A DNA stretch of 64,000 nt from Pecten maximus (Eukaryota). Positions 24,787 to 37,712 of the stretch are shown here, piece after piece. The stretch is taken from NCBI RefSeq assembly GCF_902652985.1, contig NC_047022.1, positions 8,990,001-9,054,000 of the forward strand, written 5' to 3'. Under the pieces are notes generated by a model. The model was not told where the DNA came from, made no database searches, and saw only the letters and a list, made by a program, of their open reading frames with translations. Each line of letters opens with the position of its first letter. Position 1 is the first letter of the stretch. Position numbers and translations under genes: made by a program.

Positions 24787-25198
24787 TCAGCCAGGAGATA
24801 CAACTGTAGATAAACTCTTGATGGTGGGATACTTCAATCCCTGTTCCTTACAATGACAATTTAACTATTTGTCGACTGTTGCGATTGTTAGGTTTTATAC
24901 CTCTACATCAACACCACTTCATTTGACCTTTTCTTATGACGATTGTTTTACCTCCTCAAATAGCCTGCCCCGTTTTTCTTGTTTTATGATTGTCGATACA
25001 AGTAACAAGAAACTGAAAGCGAGTATTTGAGATGCTCTGTTTTTAACCGAAGGTAGTTATAAATTCATTGATGAAATGACGGTCTGCTTATGTTTTAATC
25101 ACCTGACTTCTAAAGAAGAACCTGTCTGTCCTTATCATAGCCTTACTCATCCGACCAATCAGTTTACATCTTCCCCGTGTCTGATTGCTTAAGATAGG

Positions 25199-25204
25199 AA
25201 TAAA
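25199..25204 (+). terminator. Candidate polyadenylation signal AATAAA ~410-430 nt after the stop (also 37010, 48145, 59592)
   Basis: AATAAA at the homologous position in the conserved 3' flank of the four intact copies. It reads AAAAAA in copies 1 and 2. Confidence 0.4.
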
Positions 25205-25858
25205 TTAAGTAATCACGTGAGGTACCAAGTCAAATGTTTCTATGTCAAAACCAACAGTAGACGTTTTATCAGTAACATCGGCCTGATATTAAATATTTTG
25301 TCTTTTGCTCACTTAAATACCCCCATCCTACTTTTCACCTTTATACATAAGCTTATTCTAGAAACTATGTAATCAAACATATTCATTTACTCTACATTGT
25401 CGCTATGTAATCTTATCAAACAAAATAGAAAGTTACCATAATTCATACATAATTCTCATTAGTGTAGTGATATTTAGAACAATGTTTGTAACGTCACTAG
25501 AAGACGTATGTTTGCTTGAGGTTAATATATCAATTGTATTTGACGTTACGAAAATTCTTGCGACCTGATTAAAAAAATAAAAAATAAAAAATACCCTCAA
25601 AAAACCCCAAAAACCCAATTGATCAAAGTAACATGAAACGATGCATAAAAAGATGAATATCCTCAAAATGAAATTTATTAAAATGTTGATTGTGAATTGA
25701 TGGTTTTGTGTTTTTTTTTCACGAACTATATTATTTTGCCGGGAATGGTCTCAGTATCACATGAAAAGTTCACATTGACACCTCGAAGTTTGACTTTTGT
25801 ACGCGATAAAATTGTTATATAATGTATACAAGAATAACTTAAGTTTAATTTTGATATA

Positions 25859-26631
25859 CTGTAAACGTACTTATTTAAGCGCAGTCAAATTTTAGCCCAA
25901 ACACGGAAAATTGTAAAATATGATTTATTAGCGTGGACGTGAATTAGCGCAGTCGTCCCGACTACGCTAAAAAAATCCGGAAAATATTTCAGTTCTAAAA
26001 TTAGGCACCGACAAAACAGGCAAGCACTGACAGACGACCCGTGTTCTAAAATTAGACATCGACTAAACATGCGACCACTGATAGATGTATGAATAGACGA
26101 CCCGTGTTCTACAGGTAAGTCACTAGTGAACTGTTTTCATTAAAATTACATGTGAGTTGTAGTTGTTATGTTATTTATTAACTTCCCAAAGCCGATTTCA
26201 GTATTCTGAATTTCACCATGTTGAAAAGATTGTTAGTGTCGGCTGTCAATTCCCCACCGCCATCGGCAACTTTATCAGAGGTGTTGGTAATAAAAAGTTG
26301 GGCTTACAGAGAGTATTTTTTGTGATTAGTCTAAACAAACATTTTATCCAGCTATTGGGCTGTCCTACGACTTCAATAGGGCATATCAGGTATTACCTGT
26401 GTTGGATATATTCCCCCTGTTTGATACCAATGGAATATTCTAGCTACATTGTAGTAGTGGTATCGACAAATGATGGCCGCCGGCTTGCATTGACTACCGT
26501 TATACGTAAGTACACTTGTGTAAATATTCAGTTTTAAATTCAAAATTTTAGCGCTGTACATGAATTAGCGCTCCACAAAGAACGCGAAAAGCGCTAAAAT
26601 TAAACTACCGCTAAAATAAGTACGTTTACAG
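25859..26631. mobile_element. 773-bp MITE flanked by TA, TIR ctgtaaacgtacttattt(a/t)agcg
   Basis: TA|ctgtaaacgtacttatttaagcg ... cgctaaaataagtacgtttacag|TA. Absent at paralogous sites ~38190, 49293 and 60260. Confidence 0.85.
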
Positions 26632-28748
26632 TATATGTATCGAACTGCTTCGGAAAGTTATTTTCCTATACCTGTAATTCTCTCAGGATTGCAGACAAAA
26701 TTGATCCTAATGCACGTTATTAAGGATTAAATAATCAAAAGGCAAAGCCTACAAAAAGCGTTACATCCGCTAAACTGGAATATATTACTGCAGGGGTAAA
26801 TAAACTCACCCACAATACCCAACATAGAAAACAATTTACACAAACTATGATTAGCGCAATGATAATTAAGCGGTCGAGTTCCAGCGCTAATATCCCTAAA
26901 ATTAATGTGTTTAAAGGGTCAGTATTATAGTCCTACAAAGATCAACAATATTCATGTTAAAGTAATGATGTCCAAATTTTAGGAAAAGGATTCGGAAGCA
27001 AATCCGTGATTTGTCACAAGAGTCCCGTTCTATATTGTCCACATTTATATAACAAACTGGCTTCGTATCTCCGGGTACCGGTAGTGTTATTATAGGTTCG
27101 CTACAATACCCTCAATACTGCTCCTCGATTGACTTCCTCTTGTATTGGCTAGGGCAATTGTCCTTTTCAGTTAGTGTTGTTGCCCTGCTTTTAGCTTCTA
27201 TTTTGAGTATCTGTATACGTACATTAGCGATTTGTAGTAGCACAGATATCTTTTGATAATATGTGTTCCGTTCTTATGGAAATGTGTGTTGTTTTTGACA
27301 TTGATGGTGATGGAAGGAATATTGAAGACAATGAACCAAAGAGGGATCTTGGCATCCACCATTGAATGATTTCTATTTGTTCAATGTATCATAATATGTA
27401 CTCTACTTTATTGATCTGCTAACATGGAGAATATAAATATTAAAAAGAGAGATATAAAAGAGAATATTTTCCTGTGAATTAGAAATAAAGAAAAACAAAA
27501 TATAGACGGAATCAATTGATTTCTAAGAAGCTCATTATTAATCAGAAAGTATAATGCTTAGCATAAATGTCTTCCATTTACTTTTTTGGATCGAATTCAA
27601 ACTTAGACATTCAAATTGTGTATTAATGACTGAGGTGAATTGAAATATTTCAACAGTTTATGTATGTTACATGTATAAATATTGTTTAATCCGATAATAT
27701 TATATTGAGATCGATTTTGTATTTTGATGTATTGATATTTCCCATTGTACATTGACAATATCAATTTCATGTGAATATCTTTTTCATGGTTTGACGATAA
27801 TGTCTTGTTTTGAATATACACATTTCTGTAATATATTTGAAGATATAACTCAAAAAACTCTTAATAAACTTCACCGGTTTATGGTGAGAGTACATGCTTT
27901 TCTGTGTGATGTAGTTCCATAAAATAAACATATACTTAAGTTTAATACAATTCCTGAGGAAATCTGCTTTTATTGATAGACTCTCTTCTCCTATGAATCA
28001 TTGCCAAACGTCATCAGCCAGTCAAAAACCATTTTGTAAAGTAAATTTAACGTTATGAAGAACACGGTTTTTAAGCCAATGTCATGTAAGGCAATTTTAA
28101 TGAAAATGCGTTTTACAAGAAAAGTTGAATTATCTAGAATGTTATCAATTTATCCTGATATGTTATATAGTATCCGATACCAATTTTATTGATTGTGATA
28201 TACATTTATCAAGTACCATGTGACTTTGATTACGTCATGGACATTCATTTTGTAATAACTTTGATAACTATATTTTATTTTACATTTTATTTCTTGTGAA
28301 ATAAAGTCAGATAAGTAATACATAAACCTTTTGCCAGGTAAAAACGATGCTTATGTCTATGTTTGATAATTGATTGATATTATTAGAGACGTCCATTTTG
28401 ATACCAAGGTCAAACAAAATTAATGTGTACGTTTTAATATGGTCATCTGTTCTCATTGATTTCGCTAGTGCACCTCATGTACATAATAGTTGCTTTTGCA
28501 ACATATATGATCCACACGAACTGCACAGGCTATTCAGAAACATGCATTTTTGCATGTTTTGCCAAATTCAACAGACAGTTTTGCAGATTTTCTGTCCTAA
28601 GCAAAGCCCATGGTTAACAATTACTATACCATATAGATAATTGATCGAGGTACTTCTGTTGAATTGCATCAGAGTTATGATTTATATATATGATTACTAA
28701 TTTTAATTCCACTTGACGACTACAGTAGGAAGAAATGAAATCAACCCC

Positions 28749-28822
28749 TGCCCGCAGTGTGGCTCAAAGTAGCGACCTCTCACTCTCATGTCGTACATCT
28801 TATATATACACCACTAGGCTTT
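28749..28822 (-). pseudogene. Degenerate tRNA-like sequence / tRNA-derived SINE head (homologues ~40223-40295, 62630-62702, partial ~51215-51266)
   Basis: Minus strand reads agcctagtggt (A-box-like) ... gaggtcgctactttgagcc (degenerate B-box). No intact cloverleaf seen. Confidence 0.35.
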
Positions 28823-30127
28823 TGGAAAATTGCCGCTATACTTGGCTATAATTAAATTGCAAAAATTTTCCACGTGTGCAAAGTGATAGGAATGCATACG
28901 TCGTCGGAGATAAAGTTATATATGATCACCATAAATAGTAATGAAAGTGTTCTAGCGGAAAACAAATATTTGTCAATGTACCTTTACTGAATAATTCTTC
29001 CTATTTTTATTGAGATATAATCTCGTTATATAGCAAACATCAGTTATCTAGTAAAGAGCTTTGTAAATTGGGTTTAAATGTGTATATTTTAATTTGGGTA
29101 ATTTATTTGTTAACATGAATATAGGTAATGATGATTTATATCCAATAGTGTTACCCAAGGACAGGAGTCCGTGTGTAGTCTGTATTGTTTACGGTATCTT
29201 CTATCAGGACATAGTATCGACCACTTACAAGGCGAACCATGTGTCAGTATCTAGGACGGTGACATTACACATTCCTGGGAGCACATTAAGCGAAGCGATA
29301 TTTTGTTAGGTTCCAGCTAAAATTGCATAAATGCTGAATTGATAATTCATAGTTTCAAGTATTCTATTAATATCGTCTTCACACAAAGTTTGGCTCCAAC
29401 ACGAGAATGGTTAATCCTTGGGCATCCGTATTATATAATATGAATGATTATTCGTAATTTTGTGATGTGTCTATATATATACATATAGCTTTATAGAAGA
29501 ATTCATCAAATGATCATTAGTAGGTGTAGAATACATTTTATCAAGTCACCTATTACATAATAAGTGGGTTGACCAACTTCTGTTAAAAGTTTTCTGATAT
29601 TTTGGTCGTTTTTTCGATATAGAAATATGTGTCAAATATATATTCTGCTGCTTATTATAATTGGACGGTAAAATGACGTGAGGAACATAAACAACAGACG
29701 TGATATAAAACATGTGTCAAGTATATACACACACTACTGTTTATGTGTTATATTACGGTAAATTCACATACACTCTAGTGATGTCTGTGGCCCTCAAACA
29801 CCCAGCAACGATTTTTGGGACTCAGTTATTTGAGTCATTGACTAATCCTTTTCCTGTGGGAATCTTATTTTGAATGTATACTATCTTTCAGTATTGGGAC
29901 TTTAAGAAATCTTAGAAATGGTTTCATGACGCACCTGCAAAACTCCTACAAACATGAGGTTACACATGTCCATATATAAATTCTTGTTGTTTGTGTTTTC
30001 CGTTGTAGTTCCTAAAAATAGCTTTGTATCCCATAGTTCTTAAAGAGTTTACATGGTCTCATAGATCTACAAGTGTATATATAAGTTTGCGACTTCCCCT
30101 TGGTTAACCTCATGTAATATCTAAGCA

Positions 30128-30311
30128 ATTTCGGCAGTATGCTTCAGTGAGGTAGCACTGTAAATTAAAGTCAACGTTAGTTTCCTACTCTCATAAGGAA
30201 ACAAACATAAATATACCGCAGCCTCCCAAGACACACACACACTACAGGAATGCATCTCTCATACAAGGGCGACCATCCTAAAATGATGATAACTGTTGAT
30301 AGGATGTTAAA
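30128..30311 (+). mobile_element. 5'-truncated mollusc SINE-like fragment (homologues ~41615-41798, 52580-52782)
   Basis: ttcggcagtatgcttcagtgaggtagcact..aaa core, (ca)n tract and ..ccatcctaaaatga..ctgttgataggatgttaaa tail. Resemblance is from recall, not a search. Confidence 0.4.
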
Positions 30312-30895
30312 TGAGAGAAAATCGATTTTGTTTTGTTAGGCAAATAACTCCTGTATCATGATATGCATAAAAAATGAAAACAATAAATCTACACTATCAC
30401 ATTTGTTAAAACTAAAATAAATCAATTGGTCCCGGATTTTAAATTTGCAGAATTTTCGAAAGTGTGTTTACACAGGAAGCTTAGTTTTGCCTAAAGCAAA
30501 ATATGGAGACTCATAATCAAGGTAAGATAGCGGGAATACTTAATGTACAACATATGTCTAAACAAAATTTATTCTGTCTTAGGGATAGATATATTAGATT
30601 TCAAATAGGTTTTAGAAAAAAAATGTGTAGAGAATTGCGTAATTTTGGGTCAATTATCATAATATTTTGCAATTTTTAAGTTGTAACCATGGTATTCACA
30701 GCTCTAGTAACACAGAAAAAAGTTTACTTAACCTTCAGAGCTGTATTAAAATTGACCCTTATTGCTTTGGATGGCAAGCGACTGTCCTCCTGTATGTTGT
30801 TCCATAAGGTAGTCACAAACTACTACAAAGGTACCCTATCTCAAAATGAACTTATCTGTTCAAGGGCGATAAATATAAACCTATCAAACAAGATA

Positions 30896-31952
30896 AACAA
30901 GACGCCCGATGTGCAAGTATCGCTCACCTGTCTCTACTACAACTTTAAAGTGGAGTGAGGTCATTTCTACAGATACTATGATGATTATCACCTTATTTAA
31001 TTATCAGAGTAAGCTATGTTTATTCTTGTCAATAAAAGTTCTCGTCCTTCATTCCAGCATACTTTTGCCCTAATATCAGGTCTCTGAGACTTTTAGCGAT
31101 CGCAAAATCATTGTTTAAAGATCTAAGCCTATGTCACCCCTGTGACCTTGAATGTAGGTCAAGGTCATTCATTAGAACAAACTTGGTAGCTATTCACCCC
31201 AGATTGCTACAGGCAGGGCCGACATCAAGTCCCTAGGTTTCTTGGTTGTTTAGAAGTTATTCAAATATCTAAGCCTATTTGACCAATGTGACCTCGAATG
31301 AGGGTCAATGTCATTCATTTGAACAGACGTGGAAGCCCTTCACCCCAGAATGCTAGATGCCCAATATCAAGTCCCTGAGCTACTTGCTTATTGAGAAAAA
31401 GTTGTTTAAAGTTTATAGCATATTTGATTCATGTGACTTCGAATAAAGGTCAAGGTCATTCATTTGAACAAAACTGGTAGTCATCTACACCAGGAAACTT
31501 CAGGCCCAATATTAAGTCCCCTGGCCCCTTGCTTGTTGAGAGGAAGTTGTTAGAGGATTTAAGCCTATTTGCCCCATGTGACCTTGAATGAAGATCAAGG
31601 TCATTTATTTGAACAAACTTGGTAGCCCTGCACGCGAGCATGCTACATACTTAATATCAAGTCCCTGGATCTCATGATTATTGAAAGGAAGCTGTTTGAA
31701 GATTATAGCCTATTTGCTCTATGTGACCTCAAACGAAGGTCAATGTCATTTATATTAACAAACTTGGTAGCGCACCCCAGGATGCTACAGGCCTAATGTC
31801 AAGTCCTTGGGCCTCTTGGTTATTGAAAAGAAGTTGTTTGAATGTTTTAGCCTATTTGACTCATGTGACCTTGCCTGAAGACCAAGGTCATTCATTTGAA
31901 CGAATTTGGTAGCCCTACTGGCCTAATATTAAGTCCCTGGGCATCTTTATTA
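30896..31952 (-). mobile_element. HINE-type element with ~145-bp satellite monomers (6 copies), 5'-truncated
   Basis: gtgacc motif at 31142, 31288, 31433, 31578, 31723 and 31865. Terminus aacaag..gcccg..cgctcacctg. Confidence 0.75.
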
Positions 31953-34024
31953 ATGATATTAATGATAGATAATGTCAGCATATTTGTGATGTTTGATGTG
32001 GGCAAACAAAAGAATACATAAATGTGAAAAATAAATAAATCAATGATTAAATAAATGAATGAAAGAAAGAATGAATGTAATAGAAAGTATACATAAATAT
32101 TTGCAAATAAAATGTGGTACAAAAACATTTTCTATCTGTCATTGTCATAATACCATGGATCAATGTCCATTTCCTGTCCATCAAATTGTCTTAACCCTCC
32201 TCTTATACTCATCGTTAAATGACCTGGTGAGCTTATGCCTTTGTGTATGTTATCCATCCTGCACCAACGTTAAAAACTTCTTCCTAAGAGCCAACGAGCC
32301 TAGAATCAAACTGATAGAATGCTGTGATGGAACACAAAAAATGTCTACGAAAAAGAAAAAAAAAAAACTTTACTTAAATTCAAGATCAACAGATTCATCT
32401 TTGCCATGCTTGTAGAAAGCTCATGATTATAAGTGTCTCCGAAAACTACCTACAGCATGAGGATCGTCCTGTATTACGAATATCAGAGTTGGATTATGAA
32501 GTTATTAAACTGACCTGTTTGTGTGTGGTGACAGACATGTACATTCTTTTCATGACCTCATGGTCAGGTATGTCGAAAAATGGGCCATGTTCAGATACAT
32601 GTGTGTTTTCTATCAACACAATTAAATAGTTGAAAACATACAATGAAGTGCCAACACAAGTGTGTTGGGTCGGCTTTTCCTCGTCTCTTTACTATGGCAG
32701 GAATTCTAATGTTACTCATCTCATGTCAGATTTTAAAGAGGCCAATAACACATTACAAACCTTCAGATTACTGAAGCCACACCACAGTCATAACACATCA
32801 ATTTATCTGAAAACAAAGATATCAAAACATGGTTTTGTATGATTTTAGAAGAGCTGCTTCAATCAGTTATGTTCCATTTTAATCTGATACGCACTGCTTA
32901 CACGAAAATACATATTAATTTGTACGCATATTTTAATTTTCAGTAACCTATAACATTGTAATTGTGGTGGTAGCTGGTTTCACTTATTCATAGATGTTGT
33001 CTGTGACACATTCATATTTTCAATTTCTCAATAACCAATTAAGATGTCTAGGGTTATGACATATTGCCAGAAGCTTGCAGATTGGTAAAGATAAAAAGTT
33101 TATTCAAATAATATTGATATTAGGCCGGAAATGTCGGATGAAAGGCTACCAAGTTTGTTATAATGAATGACATTCACCTTTCAAGGTCAGTGAGTCAAAT
33201 ATGTTAAGTTTTTTTAAACAACTTGTCAATAACCAAGATGCCTAAGGTCATGGTATTGGACCAGCAGCATACTGGTATGAAGGGATGGAAATTTTGTTCA
33301 AATGAATTAACTTTACCTACTTTCAAGGTCACACGGGTAAAATGTATTAGAATAACTGAACGACTTCTTAATACCCAAAAGGCCCAGAGTCATGATATTA
33401 GACTAGAAACATACAGCGATGAATGACATGTTTGTTCAAATTAATGACCTTGATTGACTTTTTTTAAATCACAGAGGTCAAATGTGTTAAAACATTAAAA
33501 AGACTTCTCAATACCAAAAGGCCCAGGGTTATGATATTGAGCAAGTAGCATACTGTGACAAAAAGGCTACAAATCTTGCTCAAAAGAATGACCTTGACCT
33601 TCTTTCATAGTCACATTTTTCAAATGTGTTAAGATAAGCAAACGACTTTTCAATACTCAAACGGCCCAGGGTCATGATATTGGACAAATAGCATACAGAA
33701 ATGAAAGGCTACCAAGTGTGCTCAAATCAATAACATTGATTGGCTTTTTATGTCACAAGGGTCAAATGTTTTAGAATCTTAAAAAAACCTTTTCAATACC
33801 CTAGACACGCAGGGATACTAGGAAAAGGGCTGCTTAACTTGTTCAAATGACCTTGACCTACGTTTGAAGTCAAATGTAAAAATCTAAAACGGATTGCCGC
33901 TACAAAAGTAAGTAATTCAACTACAAGAAGCAAGAAAACTTGTTGTAGCCCATTTGCCTCCTAATAAACCTGTATGGGAGTGAGACATAACCTACAACGT
34001 TCTAAAGGATATAGTTGATTGTTT

Positions 34025-34344
34025 TGTAGCAGGCCGGGTTTTAATTGTAAATGCTGTACATAGCTGTACCAGTGTAACAGTTTTCGTATAGTGGATACGT
34101 TTTCTCAGGTCCTATGACTGGGTTCCGTGTGTGTTATACAACGCTACATACATACACCGGTTTGTATCTCCAGCATGACATTGCCAAAGACCATCAACAA
34201 GCAGATATATTCAACCTAAGACTTTTATTTACACGACAGGAATTTAAACAGAACATTCAACAATAGAAGACCTACATATACAAACTCAAACAACTCGCAT
34301 ACTGCACTCTTATACGGAACAAGAACCCCTCGACTAGGGCTACA
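34025..34344 (-). mobile_element. Probable solo LTR (TGTAGC...GCTACA); also 45169-45470 and partial 56775-56947
   Basis: 6-bp terminal inverted TG..CA and minus-strand AATAAA (ttttatt ~34223). Absent upstream of copies 1 and 3. No clean TSD. Confidence 0.5.
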
Positions 34345-34932
34345 GGTGTTTACCTACCTGGTAAACAGCGTTTTAATCAAACATGTAAAACAAATATTTA
34401 TAGACTTTTTGTCTGTAGTTACTCTAGTATCGATATATCTTGAAACCATTTAACTCACTTTGCCCTTTTGTCGTGGTGCGGCGACCGTCGTCCGGTCAGT
34501 TGGCGGAAAATGGACCTTCGTTGAAAATTGACCCCGGGTGACTTCAACGTTGAATATTGACCTGAATGCCGTTGAAAATTGAACAATCCGCAAATTCTTA
34601 ACTCCGGCTGTGAAACATGGACCCCGTTGAAAACTGACCCTATTACAGATGGTTTACTATTTTATATCTAAACCTTTTGAGGTTTGACAAATAACAAAAA
34701 TGTAAATATCCGCTAATAAACGTTAAAATATCACGATATGAACCTTCGAAATCTTATATTATAGGACTCTTTACCTGACACACAAGTCATTTAACGTCCT
34801 TGTTACAGGTGCGCATAATCCGCACCTTACCCATGTGACTTCAGTCATACCAAACAAGGAAGTTTAATTTAGATTGCAAATGGTGACTTGTCGTTTACAG
34901 TTTATGTTATTTACGTTTCCTTAGAAGCTGAG

Positions 34933-36582
34933 ATGGCGAGTAAACTGTCTATTCGTAAGGCACAGGTACACGTGCCGAACACGTGTGCGTGGTGTGATAG
35001 TGTACAGGATATAAACTGGTACTGTAATGACTGTCAGGAGGCTTTGTGTGACAAATGTAAGGAGGAGACCCATCAGCGCGCGAGGAGGACAAGAAATGAC
35101 GACGTTGTACCGATAAAGCAGGCGAACAAAACCGGCCAGACGGTACTACCAGAGGTATGTAAGGTACACCCCGGTAAAACATGCGATCTGTTCTGTACAG
35201 AGTGTAACGTCGCCATCTGTTCAATGTGTTTTACAACGAAACATAAACAGCACGCATTCAAACATTTTGAAGACGAAATTAACACCCAGAAACATAACAT
35301 GCGTGAGCAGTTGGAAACATTAAAATTCAAGTTAGATCAGCTCAATGAGAAGTTATCAAACCGTCGGCAAAAGAGTAAAACATTCAAAGAAAGTGTCGAT
35401 ATTATCTGTAAAGATGTCAAAGAGCGAGGAAGAAAGTTGAAGGCAGAAATAGATTCTATAGTGGACAATGTCCTTGCTGAATTATCATCACTGGTTGCTG
35501 AAGAAGACAAACTCCTTAAAGAGGATTGTGAACATGATGATAAATGTGTCAAACAAATAAAGCAGCTGAACGAAGAAGTGGAGCAGCTGTCGGAAAATCC
35601 ATCAAGTGGAACTTTGTTTGAGCTGACGAGGAGACTTAGGACCACTATACCGCTTTATGACGTTACTGGTACGAGTATACATCTATACCTACCAAGTTTT
35701 GAAACCGGACAAATTGATACAGAACAGTTGACAAAAATGATCGGATTTGTTAAGGCCGGGAGTAGGAATGATTCAACGCCCATGTATGAGAAGAAGGAAA
35801 TCAATAACCAGCATGTCCGGAAACTTACTACATTCCAAACCCCTCCAAACAAGCCCATATTTTCAATATGTCCAATAGACGACACCTATGCATGGATATC
35901 AATGTTTGAGTGTCTGGACCTGCTCCGAGTCAATAAAAAGGGAAACGTAACGGAGACTGTGAAGCTTGATTTTACACCTTGGAGTTTGGCTTTGACCAAC
36001 TCTGGACTACTGATGACTCGAACGGATCAGTCACCGTTGATACACAAACTGTCTGAGGACAGACGGGTGACGACCTTTGCTGAGATAAGTCCATTAAAGG
36101 CCTCTAGTATCAGTGTTAGTGACACAGACGAGGTGTTCGTTAGTACTGGTACTACAACAATACTGGTACTGAACATAATCGGGGACAAGGTTAGACAAAT
36201 CTCGTGTGGACATGTCGGGAAACGTATAGCTAGTTTGACCGGAGGGAATGTCGCTGTTACCACTGGAGGTGGTTACTGTAAAGAACTGAATATCATCGAC
36301 AGATCAGGTCAGATCGTACACACGTGGAGTGGAGAACTGGACAATGGTCAGAAACTATCCATGACGATTCAGAATAGTATAGCATGTGATAAATATGACA
36401 GAGTATTTGTTCCAGACTTAGTTACTCATCAGGTATACGTCATCTCACGGAATGAGAGAAAGGCAAAATGTATCCTGGACGAGAAACACGGAGTACGAAA
36501 TCCATTGGCAGTAGGTGTAGACAGGTGTGGACATGTTTGGATCGGCTGTGGTAATGGTACAGTATATGTTATGCAACTCTAA
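34933..36582 (+). CDS. RING-less TRIM-NHL-like protein copy 4 (549 aa; one-codon GAG duplication in B-box1)
   Basis: Intact ORF with the same architecture. KEET replaces KET. Confidence 0.9.
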   Translation: MASKLSIRKAQVHVPNTCAWCDSVQDINWYCNDCQEALCDKCKEETHQRARRTRNDDVVPIKQANKTGQTVLPEVCKVHPGKTCDLFCTECNVAICSMCFTTKHKQHAFKHFEDEINTQKHNMREQLETLKFKLDQLNEKLSNRRQKSKTFKESVDIICKDVKERGRKLKAEIDSIVDNVLAELSSLVAEEDKLLKEDCEHDDKCVKQIKQLNEEVEQLSENPSSGTLFELTRRLRTTIPLYDVTGTSIHLYLPSFETGQIDTEQLTKMIGFVKAGSRNDSTPMYEKKEINNQHVRKLTTFQTPPNKPIFSICPIDDTYAWISMFECLDLLRVNKKGNVTETVKLDFTPWSLALTNSGLLMTRTDQSPLIHKLSEDRRVTTFAEISPLKASSISVSDTDEVFVSTGTTTILVLNIIGDKVRQISCGHVGKRIASLTGGNVAVTTGGGYCKELNIIDRSGQIVHTWSGELDNGQKLSMTIQNSIACDKYDRVFVPDLVTHQVYVISRNERKAKCILDEKHGVRNPLAVGVDRCGHVWIGCGNGTVYVMQL

Positions 36583-37189
36583 TCAACCAGGAGAAACAGC
36601 TGTAGATAAACTATTGATGGTGGGATACTTCAATACCTGTTCCTTACAATGACAGTTGAACTATTTGTCGACTGTTGCGATTGTTAGGTTTTATACTTGT
36701 ACATAAACCCCACTTCATTTGACCTTTTCTTAAAACGATTACTTTACCTCCTCAAATTGCTTGTCCCGTTTTTCTTGTTTTATAATTGTCGATACAAGTA
36801 ACAAGAACCTGAAAGCGAGTAATTTAGATGTTCTGTTTTTAACCGAAGGTGGCAATACATTCATCGATGAAATGACGGTCTGCATATGTTTTAATCACTT
36901 GACTTTTAAAGTAGAACCTGTCTGTCCTTATCATAGCCTTACTCACCCGACCAATCAGTGTCTAGTTTACCTCTTGCCCGTGTATGATTGATGCAGTTAG
37001 GAATATAGGAATAAATTAATCAATCACGTGAGGTACCGAGTCAAATGTCTCTAAGTCAAAACCAACAGTAGATGTATTGTGTCAGTAACATCGGCCTGAT
37101 AGTGATTATTTTGTCTTTTGCTCACTTAGATACCCCCATCCTATTTCTCCACCTTCATCCGTAAGCTTCTGCTAGAAACTATTTTATCA

Positions 37190-37712
37190 AATAAATAGAG
37201 GATATTGAATGGTTTCCCGTTTAATATAACATTTATTTCACGAGTATGACAGAATATCGAAATATTCTGTCATTCGAGTGAAATATTCTGTCATTCGAGT
37301 GAAATATATGTTACATTTAACGAGAAGCCATTCAATTTTCTTTTTATTGCATTTCATCAACTTGAAAACAAAATTAAAAACATAGTGTCAAAAAGTGCGA
37401 TAATCAGTCATGACGTCATTTCTTTGTGACTTTACTCCACGTCAATCCGACGGCACCATTTTGAAAGGACTGATCAACGCAATTTAAACGTTTTCTGCTG
37501 TTATCGGAGAATCTGTGCACGAATAGCTAGCGTCTAGTGAGTATTTTGTCAAAAATTCTCATTGGTCAAAAACAAAAACAAAATATCTTCACTGCAAAAT
37601 CTTATATTTTCACTTCAAAATCTTATATTTTTACTGCAGCGATGAACAGTGAAAATATTAGTTTTATTTGTTTTATAAATTTCTATATTTCACTGGCAAA
37701 AATGCAATAAAT
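37190..37712. mobile_element. Non-autonomous element with a long left-end palindrome and short terminal direct repeats (Crypton-like architecture)
   Basis: Hairpin attgaatggtttc..gacagaatat / atattctgtc..gaagccattcaat. Inverted ttattgcattt..aaatgcaataa. Flanked by aataaat. Absent at ~25378 and 59773. Confidence 0.6.
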
